Shown one piece after another: positions 29,295-38,152 of a stretch of DNA of 64,000 nt (the stretch's first letter is position 1; every line of letters begins with the position of its first letter). Both the position numbers and the translations under genes were made by a program. The notes beneath the pieces are model-generated. The model had not been told where the DNA came from. It searched no databases and saw nothing but the letters and a program-made list of their open reading frames with translations. The stretch is from assembly GCA_050014235.1 (NCBI GenBank), contig JBEKDS010000016.1, positions 44,760 to 108,759 of the forward strand, read 5' to 3'. This stretch comes from Acidobacteriaceae bacterium. Its GTDB lineage: Bacteria > Acidobacteriota > Terriglobia > Terriglobales > Acidobacteriaceae.

Positions 29295-29409
29295 CGTCGC
29301 ACTCCAGTTTATCCGAGACTGTCCTCGCGACCCACGATCCACCGCCCGCCGCTTCCAGCGTAGGATAGTTCCGTCCCGAATCCCCTCCCAAGGAGCGTCC
29401 TGCCGCACC

Positions 29410-30684
29410 ATGCAACCAAGCATCGGCAGCCCCTCCAACCCCAGCACCACCGCCCCCAGTCACCGCATAGGAGCCAGCCCCTGGCCCTTCGTCCTGCTCG
29501 TCTCCGCCGCCATCGCCATCGCCTACTTCGATCGCCAGACCGTCTCCGTGGCCATCACCGCGATCCAGCGCAAAATCCCCATCTCCAACCAGCAATTTTC
29601 GTATCTGCAAACGGCGTTCCTCCTCGCCTACGCCGCCCTCTACATCATCGGAGGCCGCCTGCTCGATCGCCTCGGCACCCGCGCCGGCTTCCTCCTCATC
29701 ATGACCTGGTGGTCGCTCGCCTGCGCCCTGCACGGCCTCGCCACCGGCTTCACCCTCCTCCTCGCCGCCCGCTTCCTCCTCGGCATGGGCGAAGGCGGCG
29801 CCTTCCCCGCCGCCACCCGCGTCGTCTCCGAGTGGGTCCCCATCCCCCAGCGCTCCTCCGCCATGGGCGTCATCAACGCCGGCACCGCCGTCGGCTCGCT
29901 CCTCGCCCCGCCCCTCATCGGCCTCGTCCTCTTCCTCAGCGGATGGCGCATGGTCTTCTTCATCTCCGCCGCCATCGGCCTCGCCTGGGTCGTCCTCTGG
30001 TCCCTCACCTACCGCAGCAACCCCGCAACCCCCGCCCAAAACACACCCACCCCCATACCCCAACTCTCCTTCGCCCAAATCCTCCGCTACCCCCTCGTCC
30101 GCTCCCTCGTCTTCGCCAAGTTCATGAGCGACTCCGCCTGGTACTTCCTCCTCTTCTGGCTGCCCAAGTACCTCTACGACGCCCGCGGCTTCGACATCAA
30201 ACACGTCAGCCTCTATGCCTGGATCCCCTACGCCGCCTCCGGCATCGGCAGCCTGCTCGGCGGCCTGCTCTCCAGCCGCCTCCTCCGCACCGGCCACTCG
30301 CTCGACCGCTCCCGCAAGCTCGTCCTCGGCCTCAACGCCTGCTGCATGCCCGCCGTCATGCTCGTCCCGCTCGTCCCCGTGCAGTATGCGCTGCTCCTCT
30401 TCAGCATCGCCTTCTTCTCGCAACAGTCGTGGTCCGGCCTCATCATGACCATCCCCGCCGACATCTTCCCTCTCTCCGCCGTCGGCACCGTCGCCGGCCT
30501 CGTCGGCTTCGGAGGCTCCATCGGCGGAGCCATCTTCGGCCTCATCGCCGGCCAGCTCCTCGGCCACGGATTCTCCTATGGCCTCCTCTTTATCCTCGTC
30601 GGCACCTTCCACCTCATCGGCTTCCTCGCCCTCCTCACCTTCGGCGGCAAACTCCAACCCCTCCGCACCCCCGACCTCGCCTGA
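29410..30684 (+). CDS. MFS transporter, ACS/ExuT-like sugar-acid permease
   Basis: AYFDRQ, GRLLDRLGTR, RFLLGMGEGGAFP, WLPKYL. Confidence 0.9.
   Translation: MQPSIGSPSNPSTTAPSHRIGASPWPFVLLVSAAIAIAYFDRQTVSVAITAIQRKIPISNQQFSYLQTAFLLAYAALYIIGGRLLDRLGTRAGFLLIMTWWSLACALHGLATGFTLLLAARFLLGMGEGGAFPAATRVVSEWVPIPQRSSAMGVINAGTAVGSLLAPPLIGLVLFLSGWRMVFFISAAIGLAWVVLWSLTYRSNPATPAQNTPTPIPQLSFAQILRYPLVRSLVFAKFMSDSAWYFLLFWLPKYLYDARGFDIKHVSLYAWIPYAASGIGSLLGGLLSSRLLRTGHSLDRSRKLVLGLNACCMPAVMLVPLVPVQYALLLFSIAFFSQQSWSGLIMTIPADIFPLSAVGTVAGLVGFGGSIGGAIFGLIAGQLLGHGFSYGLLFILVGTFHLIGFLALLTFGGKLQPLRTPDLA
30632..30684 (+). repeat. Direct repeat copy 1: MFS 3' end
   Basis: tcctcaccttcggcggcaaactccaacccctccgcacccccgacctcgcctga; recurs at 32426-32477. 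Confidence 0.85.
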
Positions 30685-30719
30685 CGCATCGTGGATAATT
30701 GTTCAACGGAGCCGAACGT

Positions 30720-31673
30720 ATGCCTACCGAGATCGTCAGCCATCAAACGCCGGAGGAGGCAGATGACCATCTCAAGAGAGGCTTGGAGTTTCTCAGCCAG
30801 GAAAAGTGGGACGATGCCTTTAGGTGTTTTCTGCGCGGAATTCAACTTAGCCCCGACCACTCCGAATTGCAACTTATGCTTGGAGTCCTGCACTACAACG
30901 GGCAAGGCGTGCCGCGGAAATACGAAGAGGCAGCAAAGTGGTACCGTAAGGCCGCCGATCAAGATAACCTTCATGCACAGTTCAACCTTGGCTTGCTTTA
31001 TGACCGGGGCGAAGGCGTAGCCCAGGATTACGCGCAGGCCGCAGCATGGTATCGCAGAGCCGCAGACAAAGGGGATGCAAATGCGCAATACCTCCTGGGC
31101 TCGCTCTACAATCATGGACAGGGCGTAGCACAGGATTTTGGGCAAGCCGCGGAGCTCTATCGCAAATCTGCCGGCCAAGGCAACGCGGATGCACAGTTTG
31201 AGCTGGGAAAGCTTTACGATCGCGGCGAAGGAGTCCCGCAGGACGATGCACGGGCGGCAACTTGGTATCACGAGGCGGCTAAGCAGGGAAAAGCCGGCGC
31301 CCAGTTCGGTCTAGGCCAAAAATACGAAAAGGGACAGGGCGTTCCGCAGGAATGGGGGCAAGCCACTTTTTGGTACAGGGAGGCGGCTGAACAGGGAATG
31401 CCGGAGGCCCAATCGGCACTTGGAGGTATCTACCTTAACGGGCCCGTCCCCAGGAATTTCAGCGAAGCTGCCCGCTGGTACCGCAAGGCCGCTGAACAGG
31501 GATGGCAATACGCCCAATTCTTCTTAGCTTTTCAATATCGGTATGGGATGGGCGTTCCCCGGGATTTGAACCAAGCTATGTTTTGGTGTCGCAAGGCCGC
31601 TGAACAGGGAAATGAACTAGCGAAGGAGTTTCTGATGGTCTTGAGTCACGGCTCAGTGCCAGAAGCGCAATGA
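30720..31673 (+). CDS. Sel1/TPR repeat protein
   Basis: About 7-8 repeats of AQFxLGxLYxxGxGVxQDxxxAAxWYRKAAxQG; no signal peptide. Confidence 0.92.
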   Translation: MPTEIVSHQTPEEADDHLKRGLEFLSQEKWDDAFRCFLRGIQLSPDHSELQLMLGVLHYNGQGVPRKYEEAAKWYRKAADQDNLHAQFNLGLLYDRGEGVAQDYAQAAAWYRRAADKGDANAQYLLGSLYNHGQGVAQDFGQAAELYRKSAGQGNADAQFELGKLYDRGEGVPQDDARAATWYHEAAKQGKAGAQFGLGQKYEKGQGVPQEWGQATFWYREAAEQGMPEAQSALGGIYLNGPVPRNFSEAARWYRKAAEQGWQYAQFFLAFQYRYGMGVPRDLNQAMFWCRKAAEQGNELAKEFLMVLSHGSVPEAQ

Positions 31674-31772
31674 GTAGGCGAATGCACCGTCTCTATTAGT
31701 CGACCGGAATGATAGGATCGGCGCGCGTCGTAATCTGAAATCCGAGTCCCAGCTACTAAAAGGAGATTATTC

Positions 31773-32072
31773 GTGGAGATTTCACGGAAGTTTACGAGAG
31801 AGTCGTTCTACGGATTTAACATGAACGATGCCGAAGTCGGCCCCGGTGTGCACCATGGTCTAGCAATAGAACTGAAACATCTCTTCGAGGCCATTGCCGC
31901 CGATGCGGATGAGCAAAATGATGAAGTATTCTTCACCAGAGACCTCGACCACGCTTTGCGAAGATTCTTTGTGGACCCGACGAAACCCAGCTTAGACCAT
32001 TTACTTGAGGTAAGCCCAGTCCTCATCCGGCCTGTCGAAGAATTACAGCTGCTTTTGCTGATGAGACCATAG
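31773..32072 (+). CDS. Hypothetical protein (99 aa, acidic)
   Basis: AAGGAG upstream of a GTG start; low-GC segment. Confidence 0.5.
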   Translation: MEISRKFTRESFYGFNMNDAEVGPGVHHGLAIELKHLFEAIAADADEQNDEVFFTRDLDHALRRFFVDPTKPSLDHLLEVSPVLIRPVEELQLLLLMRP

Positions 32073-32081
32073 ATGCCAAGC

Positions 32082-32351
32082 CTATTGGACGCGAAAACGT
32101 GAAAGGTGTTCTATGTCGTCCTCATCCATCTCAATCGCCCGAATTGGCTGAAGCGTTCCACAGTGCAAAAGTGCCTCGTCCCACTTCGTCCAGTCAACAT
32201 CTCTGAGAAACTCTGTCACGATGTGATTGTAAGCACCTGACCCGAACGGAACTGTAAATTCCAAACTGCCGTCTTGAGCCTTGATGCGGAGGGAACATCG
32301 GTGCCCAGTTGTTGGATTGTAAGAATAACTCACTGCCGTTTCGTATCCCAT
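32082..32351 (-). CDS. Hypothetical protein (89 aa)
   Basis: GGGAG RBS; protein-like composition; convergent with 31773-32072. Confidence 0.5.
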   Translation of the reverse strand: MGYETAVSYSYNPTTGHRCSLRIKAQDGSLEFTVPFGSGAYNHIVTEFLRDVDWTKWDEALLHCGTLQPIRAIEMDEDDIEHLSRFRVQ

Positions 32352-32425
32352 ATAGACTCCCTGAGTTCATCGTACCGATAAAATGCTGACGGGAAGAGTA
32401 TCCCGGATCGAATCATGAACACAAG

Positions 32426-32477
32426 TCCTCACCTTCGGCGGAAAACTCCAACCGCTCCGCGTCCCGACCTCACCTGA
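32426..32477 (+). repeat. Direct repeat copy 2: degenerate duplicate of the MFS 3' end
   Basis: tcctcaccttcggcggaaaactccaaccgctccgcgtcccgacctcacctga; about 6 differences from copy 1 including a 1-bp gap. Confidence 0.85.
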
Positions 32478-32523
32478 AACCGCTATCCTTGAAACCCAGA
32501 CGTCTCGAAGGAAATAGCAACGC

Positions 32524-33696
32524 ATGAAGATCACCTCAATCCGCACCCGCGTCGTCGAATGGACCGGCCCCACCGTCCCCCTCCCGCCCCACTTCTGCAC
32601 CAATCCCATGGACCTCGTCGCCTTCCGCCAACCCTCCATGGGCAACTTCGCCTTCCACGGCTGGGTCCTCGTCGAGATCTTCACCGACGCCGGCCTCGTC
32701 GGCCTCGGCAACGCCGCCCTCTCGCCCCACGTCACCAAGTCCCTCATCGACACCTACCTCAAGCCCATCCTCCTCGGCGCCGACCCCTGGGACACCGAGT
32801 TCCTCTGGCAGCAGATGTACCGCCGCACCATGGCCTTCGGCCGCAAAGGTGTCGCCATGGTCGCCATCTCCGCCGTCGACATCGCCCTCTGGGACCTCCT
32901 CGGCAAATCCGCCAAACAGCCCGTCTTCCGACTCCTCGGCGGCCGCACCAAGGAGAAGATTCCCGTCTACGCCAGCCGCCTCTACGCCATGCCCATCCCC
33001 GAGCTCCGCGCCGAAGCCCAGAAATATAAAGACGAAGGCTACCAGGCCATGAAGCTCCGCTTCGGCTGGGGCCCCATCGACGGCGCCGCAGGCATGACCA
33101 AAAACATCGACCTCGTCCGCAACGTCCGCGAGGTCGTCGGCGACGGCATCGACCTCATGGCCGACGCCTACATGGGCTGGACCCTCGACTACGCCAAACG
33201 CATGTTGCCCCTCCTCGAACCCTTCCACCTCCGCTGGTTAGAGGAGCCCGTCATCCCTGACGACACCCGCGGCTACGCCGAACTCAAGCGCCACGCCCGC
33301 GTCCCCATCGCCGGCGGCGAACACGAGTTCACCATCTTCGGCTTCCGCGAACTCCTCGAAGCCAACGCCCTCGACTACATCCAGTTCGACACCAACCGCG
33401 TCGGCGGCATCTCCCAGGCCCGCAAAATCTGCGCCCTCGCCGAGTCCTTCCAGGTCCCCGTCGTCCCCCACGCCGGCCAGATGCACAACTACCACATCTC
33501 CATGGCCAGCCTCAACTGCCCCATCTCCGAGTTCTTCCCGCCCGTCGACGTCGAAGTCGGCAACGAACTCTTCTGGTACATCTTCAACGGCGAACCCACC
33601 CCCACCAACGGCTTCATCGACCTCGACGACCACCTCCCCGGCCTCGGCCTAACCGTCAACGAAGAATCCCTAACCCGCTTCACCATCACCGGCTGA
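32524..33696 (+). CDS. Mandelate racemase/muconate lactonizing enzyme family sugar-acid dehydratase (RhmD-like)
   Basis: AISAVDIALWDLLGK, KLRFG, LMADAY, WLEEP, GGEHE, YIQFD, VPHA. Confidence 0.9.
   Translation: MKITSIRTRVVEWTGPTVPLPPHFCTNPMDLVAFRQPSMGNFAFHGWVLVEIFTDAGLVGLGNAALSPHVTKSLIDTYLKPILLGADPWDTEFLWQQMYRRTMAFGRKGVAMVAISAVDIALWDLLGKSAKQPVFRLLGGRTKEKIPVYASRLYAMPIPELRAEAQKYKDEGYQAMKLRFGWGPIDGAAGMTKNIDLVRNVREVVGDGIDLMADAYMGWTLDYAKRMLPLLEPFHLRWLEEPVIPDDTRGYAELKRHARVPIAGGEHEFTIFGFRELLEANALDYIQFDTNRVGGISQARKICALAESFQVPVVPHAGQMHNYHISMASLNCPISEFFPPVDVEVGNELFWYIFNGEPTPTNGFIDLDDHLPGLGLTVNEESLTRFTITG
33426..33696 (+). repeat. Direct repeat copy 1: 271-bp 3' end of the dehydratase gene
   Basis: Recurs at 34315-34585 with 11 mismatches by manual count and no gaps. 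Confidence 0.95.
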
Positions 33697-33733
33697 GAAA
33701 TCTCGCCGCCTTGAGAACGCCTGCGTTCTAAGA

Positions 33734-33797
33734 TAGGGCGGGACTTCAGTCCCGCCATCAACCGCCCGCTTGAGAGAGGGGCTTTAGCCCCTGAGGG
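33734..33797. repeat. REP-like palindromes
   Basis: ggcgggacttcagtcccgcc hairpin followed by ggggctttagcccc. Confidence 0.6.
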
Positions 33798-33833
33798 CGT
33801 AGGGTTATCCTTATGCGAGGGGGAGCATAGTCC

Positions 33834-34028
33834 ATGAACAATGTCTTGGAGATCGAACGTGCGATCAGTGCGCTGTCGCCGAAGGAGCTGGACGAGTTGT
33901 ACACGTGGATGGATCGAAACTGTCCTATCGACGTGCAGCTCAAGGCCGACCTGGATGCCGGACGCATCGACGACCGCATCGCCCGCGCTTTGGCCGATCA
34001 TAGCGCCGGAAACACGCAGCCTCTTTGA
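33834..34028 (+). CDS. Putative type II antitoxin (64 aa)
   Basis: Small acidic protein directly upstream of a RelE/ParE-like toxin; EIERAISALSPKELDEL...DLDAGRID. Confidence 0.65.
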   Translation: MNNVLEIERAISALSPKELDELYTWMDRNCPIDVQLKADLDAGRIDDRIARALADHSAGNTQPL

Positions 34029-34036
34029 CGCGCACG

Positions 34037-34306
34037 ATGGTTCACCGCGCAAACGCGGATTTCTGGAACGATTACCGCGCCCTCTCCGCTGAGGTTCGCG
34101 CCCGTGCCGACAAGCAATTCGCGTTGCTGAAAGCCAACCCGCAACACCCATCCCTGCAATTCAAGAAAATCGGCGAGCGGCGCGGCGAGGAAATTTGGTC
34201 GGCCCGAGTAACGCTGATATACCGTGCTCTCGCCGTCAGGTTGTCTGACGAATATATCTGGTTCTGGATCGGCGAGCACAACCTCTACGACGCCATCATT
34301 TCCTAG
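34037..34306 (+). CDS. RelE/ParE-like type II toxin
   Basis: FWNDYRALSAEVRARADKQFALLKANPQHPSLQFKK...WSARV...YRALA...WFWIGEH. Confidence 0.8.
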   Translation: MVHRANADFWNDYRALSAEVRARADKQFALLKANPQHPSLQFKKIGERRGEEIWSARVTLIYRALAVRLSDEYIWFWIGEHNLYDAIIS

Positions 34307-34314
34307 TCGCTTCC

Positions 34315-34585
34315 AATCTGCGCCCTCGCCGAGTCCTTCCAGGTCCCCGTCGTCCACCACGCCGGCCAGATGCACAACTACCACATCTCCATGGCCAGCC
34401 TCAACTGCCCCATCTCCGAGTACTTCCCACCCGTCGACGTCGAGGTCGGCAACGAACTCTTCTGGTACATCTTCTCGGGCGAACCCACCCCCACCAACGG
34501 CTTCCTCGACCTCGACGACCACCTCCCCGGCCTCGGCCTAACCGTCAACGAAGACTCCCTAAAACGCTTCACCATCACCGGCTGA
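34315..34585 (+). pseudogene. Duplicated 3' fragment of the dehydratase gene (repeat copy 2)
   Basis: About 96% identical to 33426-33696; no 5' part. Confidence 0.9.
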
Positions 34586-34628
34586 AAATGGGCCAGAGCG
34601 AAGCTGGCGTTGGCGAAAGCTACGGTAG

Positions 34629-34928
34629 CTAGAGTACTTCTGGGTTGAAGTCGGCCGTGTGAGGGTGCGCGAATACACCCGCGCTCGTTTTCTTCCAATC
34701 GCGTTCGTCCAGCAGGTCGAGGAGTTTCCTGAAGTACCGGCCACGGATGTAGAACATATCGCCCGATGTCTCGCGCAAGCTCACATCTTCTTTGTTGTTC
34801 TTCCATATCTCAAGCTGGAACATCGAGCCATCGATGTCTCCGCCGCTCAACTCACGGACAAAGAGCGACAAGAACTCGCCGCCCTTCTGATAAGTCCGAC
34901 TCACGATGACAACCGCCTTCGGGTTCAT
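34629..34928 (-). CDS. Hypothetical protein (99 aa)
   Basis: AAAAGGAG upstream of a GTG start; co-oriented with the lipoprotein; low GC. Confidence 0.5.
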   Translation of the reverse strand: MNPKAVVIVSRTYQKGGEFLSLFVRELSGGDIDGSMFQLEIWKNNKEDVSLRETSGDMFYIRGRYFRKLLDLLDERDWKKTSAGVFAHPHTADFNPEVL

Positions 34929-34990
34929 CGTTCACTCCTTTTTTGCCTTCACCAACGTTGCGCTGAGCCTCACTGATCCACCTGAAGGCA

Positions 34991-36400
34991 TCAATAGAAA
35001 GCTGCCACGGCTGCATCCCAACCCTCGTTCTGGATGCTATTTGAGGTAACAAAAGTAGCAGCGTAACTACCCTGTGCGGTGACAAGCTCATCTTCCACGC
35101 AGAAGTATGGCGAAACGAAACGACTGTTAAAGCCTGAACCAGCCGTTACGTTTACGTCGGCAACAGCGATCCCCAAAATCAGTTCATTTGCATGATTTGT
35201 TGTGACATTACCTGACGATACAGTCGCGCCACTGGTGCCCCCGGCAGTGCCAGTGACATCAAGAAATCCAACATTTGAATATTCGAGAATCGCCATCGAG
35301 AATTGGTTGGCGTTGGCGTAGCTCACCTTCACTGTGACGGAGAGATTACTTGAACCAGTCACGTTCGAAGCTGCATATATCCAACCAGCCCAGTCATTGC
35401 TGTCAACGGAGGATGTCTGCTTTACGGGATAGTAAGCATCGCCAGCGGAATCAGTAACCGATACGATGCTCGAACCCGGTAGAGAATTCCACCAGAAAGC
35501 AACCGCAATCAAGTCCCCTTTCGCCACGGGGTTGTTGAACGTCGCAGTATAGGTTTGAGCGGGATTAGACGCGGTGGCTTGCGATGTGAAATTGGATGAC
35601 TGGATGAAACTCGTATTAGAGGGGGGAGACGTACCTGCTCTATTTGCAATGAAGACATTGCCTGAAGTGGACGATGACACACCCGCCAAGAGTTGGCGGG
35701 TGACTCCATCTGGCAATAGGTAGTCTACTGCCACGCCAGTTTGCGTTTGGTTCGGCAGCAAGCATGGACTGCCACCATACTGCAGGGCGAAATCGAAAAA
35801 AGCGTTCCCGGATGGGTCTGGGGTAATTGTGCCGGAAAATACGCAGCCCTGACTTGTCCCGGTGAACGTTCCATTCGCTGCTATCGTTACTTGAGCCGCG
35901 ATGTTCCCGAAAAGATAACCCGACCACGTCCCAGTGATATTTGATAGCAGCGCCGGCGTGCCGAACGTGAACTGGCTACTGGGAATAGGAATGCCGCTGA
36001 ATGCCACACTTGCATTGCCGACCTCGGACACAGATCCGTTGATACTCGATCCGACGACGTATGTTGAATTGACGGTGCCGGTATAGATAACGCCGGTGTA
36101 GTAGTAGTCATTCACCTTGGCAGTGTAGGTGCCATTGTTGTATGTGCCCTGTCCTGTCATCATACCGTCCACCGTAAACACGTTGCCGCTAGTCGTGCCA
36201 TACAGGGCATAGAACGTGCTATTTGGAAGAACAATGGTCTCGAATGTTTCACCCGTGGAGGTCGTGCCCAGGTAAATACCTTGCGGAGAACCTTGGGTAG
36301 CCGGGGGTGTAGTGGTCGTCCCGCCTCCGCTATTGCTGGCTCCGCAACCAGCCAGCGTCATCACCCCGGAGGCGAGCAAGAACAATAGTCTGCGGTTCAT
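34991..36400 (-). CDS. Predicted lipoprotein, Thr/Ser/Gly-rich and beta-rich surface protein
   Basis: MNRRLLFLLASGVMTLAGC lipobox; GGGTTTTPP linker; low GC. Confidence 0.8.
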   Translation of the reverse strand: MNRRLLFLLASGVMTLAGCGASNSGGGTTTTPPATQGSPQGIYLGTTSTGETFETIVLPNSTFYALYGTTSGNVFTVDGMMTGQGTYNNGTYTAKVNDYYYTGVIYTGTVNSTYVVGSSINGSVSEVGNASVAFSGIPIPSSQFTFGTPALLSNITGTWSGYLFGNIAAQVTIAANGTFTGTSQGCVFSGTITPDPSGNAFFDFALQYGGSPCLLPNQTQTGVAVDYLLPDGVTRQLLAGVSSSTSGNVFIANRAGTSPPSNTSFIQSSNFTSQATASNPAQTYTATFNNPVAKGDLIAVAFWWNSLPGSSIVSVTDSAGDAYYPVKQTSSVDSNDWAGWIYAASNVTGSSNLSVTVKVSYANANQFSMAILEYSNVGFLDVTGTAGGTSGATVSSGNVTTNHANELILGIAVADVNVTAGSGFNSRFVSPYFCVEDELVTAQGSYAATFVTSNSIQNEGWDAAVAAFY

Positions 36401-36479
36401 GGGAAAAGCCTCTCATCGATCTCTGCGTTGGCTGCGTAACCTTGATGCCCGGCAGTGTCCCAACCCGAACAGGTGCGAC

Positions 36480-36698
36480 TCAGCCCATTATTCCCTTAGT
36501 TGGCACGAAAAAGGCGTCCGTCTGCAGCTTAGGTTCCTTAGTGACAACTGTCACGTCGCTCGTTTTGGCCCACCTCTTGGACGCCCCATCGGTCCCCAGT
36601 TGAACCTCCCAACAGGGCTCTACCGTGCGGCTGCCGACGACCTTCCAAACGCCGGGCTCCCCTGCGATACTTACTTGGTCGTTCATCTCAACCACCAT
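36480..36698 (-). CDS. Small hypothetical protein (about 70 aa, SH3/Tudor-like composition)
   Basis: GGAGG RBS; DQVSIAGEPGVWKVVG...WEVQLG. Confidence 0.5.
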   Translation of the reverse strand: MVVEMNDQVSIAGEPGVWKVVGSRTVEPCWEVQLGTDGASKRWAKTSDVTVVTKEPKLQTDAFFVPTKGIMG

Positions 36699-36804
36699 AT
36701 CGATTCCTCCACTCTACGGTATATCAGACAACAGGTAACCGGAGAAAAATGACCTCCTCTGACACGGACTCTCACTTACTCTCATTCAAAGGAGGCACCT
36801 GCTC

Positions 36805-37260
36805 ATGAAAAACCTGTTCGATGCCACGGTGGCGAACGAAGTAAAGACCCGCCTGGCACAATTGCAGCCGCAAACCGAAAGGCTCTGGGGCAAGATGACC
36901 GCGGCGCAGATGCTGGCCCATTGTTCGGTGAGCATGCAGTGGGCGGTGGGAGAAGTGGTGCCCGATAAGATAGCGCTCCCCCCGCGTCTGATCGGGCGGC
37001 TGGTGAAGCCGATGGTGTTTCGCAACGATGACCCGATGCGCAAGAACTCGCCGACCGCCAAGAGCCTCATCGTGGCCGGCGAACCGGATCTGGCCAAGGA
37101 ACGCGACCGGCTATCGGGACTGATCGACAGATCCGCAGCAGGAGGCCCGGCAGCCTGTACGACGAATCCCCACAGCTTCTTCGGAAAGATGACGCCGGAC
37201 GAATGGGCGATCTTAATGTACAAACACCTCGACCATCATCTGCGCCAGTTCGGCATGTAA
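36805..37260 (+). CDS. DUF1569 / DinB-superfamily protein
   Basis: AAGGAGG RBS; LWGKMTAAQMLAHC, HSFFGKMT...W...YKHLDHHLRQFG. Confidence 0.88.
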   Translation: MKNLFDATVANEVKTRLAQLQPQTERLWGKMTAAQMLAHCSVSMQWAVGEVVPDKIALPPRLIGRLVKPMVFRNDDPMRKNSPTAKSLIVAGEPDLAKERDRLSGLIDRSAAGGPAACTTNPHSFFGKMTPDEWAILMYKHLDHHLRQFGM

Positions 37261-37281
37261 CCGTCTCCGCCCTCGGGCTCG

Positions 37282-37301
37282 CCGCGCTATAGTGAGGCAT
37301 C
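37282..37301 (+). repeat. 20-bp direct repeat copy 1 flanking the MNT-HEPN module
   Basis: ccgcgctatagtgaggcatc, identical at 38108-38127. Confidence 0.9.
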
Positions 37302-37371
37302 TGTGGCAGGTGGGTAAGAATAACCTAGATCGACGAATCGGCACGCGATACGATGGTTGCTGGAGGCGGCC

Positions 37372-37662
37372 ATGCGACCATCGGAGGCTTTGGAGCAAAA
37401 GCGTGAGGCCATACGCGAACTGGTTCCGCGATTCCGCGCCTGCAACCCACGCGTCTTCGGCTCCGTCCTTCGCGGCCTCGATCGAGAGACCAGCGACCTG
37501 GACATCCTTGTCGATACACTGCCCGGAGCCACCCTTTTCGACTTGGGTGCGCTTCAGGAGCAATTGCGCGGGCTCCTCGGCATCCGGGTCGAAGTGCGAA
37601 CCCCGGGCGATCTGCCGCTGACCTTCCGGGACGAGGTGGTCTCGGAGGCAGAGCCAGTCTGA
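37372..37662 (+). CDS. mntA: MNT minimal nucleotidyltransferase antitoxin
   Basis: RVFGSVLRG...SDLDILVD (GS...DxD motif); 96 aa. Confidence 0.9.
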   Translation: MRPSEALEQKREAIRELVPRFRACNPRVFGSVLRGLDRETSDLDILVDTLPGATLFDLGALQEQLRGLLGIRVEVRTPGDLPLTFRDEVVSEAEPV

Positions 37663-38012
37663 TGGAACGCCGCCTCTACGAATATCTCCGCCAGATCAGG
37701 ACCGCTGCCCAGGATTCCATCCAGTTCGTAGACGGGATTAGTTACACGGATTTTCAAGCCGACACGAAGACGCAACGCGCCGTCACGATGAACCTTGTGA
37801 TCCTGGGGGAAGCCGCCGCAAAGATCGAAGAGCATTTTCCGGAGTTCGCCGTGGCGCATCCGGAGATAGCCTGGACAGCCATCCGCGGAATGCGGAACCG
37901 AATCGTCCACGAGTATTTCATCCTGAACTTCGAGACCATCTGGACGACCGTCGAAGCAGAGCTGCCACGATTGATGCGCCAGGTCGAATCGGTCCTACAG
38001 TCCGAGCCATAG
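37662..38012 (+). CDS. hepT: HEPN (DUF86/HepT-like) ribonuclease toxin
   Basis: Coupled to MNT; ILGEAA, RNRIVHEY (RxxxxH), IWTTV. Confidence 0.9.
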   Translation: MERRLYEYLRQIRTAAQDSIQFVDGISYTDFQADTKTQRAVTMNLVILGEAAAKIEEHFPEFAVAHPEIAWTAIRGMRNRIVHEYFILNFETIWTTVEAELPRLMRQVESVLQSEP

Positions 38013-38107
38013 CCGACGGCGATGAGCAGGCATACGCTGATGGTAGCGACGTGGGAAGGGGGTGGGAGCCTCGGCGCTTGATTCAGCGATCGGAGAGAGG
38101 ACGGGGT

Positions 38108-38127
38108 CCGCGCTATAGTGAGGCATC
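38108..38127 (+). repeat. 20-bp direct repeat copy 2, containing a TATAGT -10-like hexamer
   Basis: Identical to 37282-37301; 25 bp upstream of the dehydrogenase ATG. Confidence 0.9.
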
Positions 38128-38152
38128 ACAGTTCAAGAAGGAAGCCTCCCAC

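Noticed and set aside
29134-30657. 507-aa - strand ORF
   Set aside because: Antisense shadow of the MFS gene.
28038-31673. PLD plus Sel1 as a Tle5/Tli5 T6SS effector-immunity pair
   Set aside because: The PLD has a Sec signal and PLD3-like motifs, the Sel1 protein lacks a signal peptide, they are separated by the MFS gene, and Sel1 lies in a separate insert.
34304-34585. Programmed readthrough fusing the toxin to the dehydratase C-terminus
   Set aside because: In-frame alignment has a one-in-three chance and no recoding signal is seen.
34659-34976. + strand 105-aa ORF
   Set aside because: Overlaps the - strand 99-aa ORF, which has the better RBS and is co-oriented with its neighbours; the choice is tentative.
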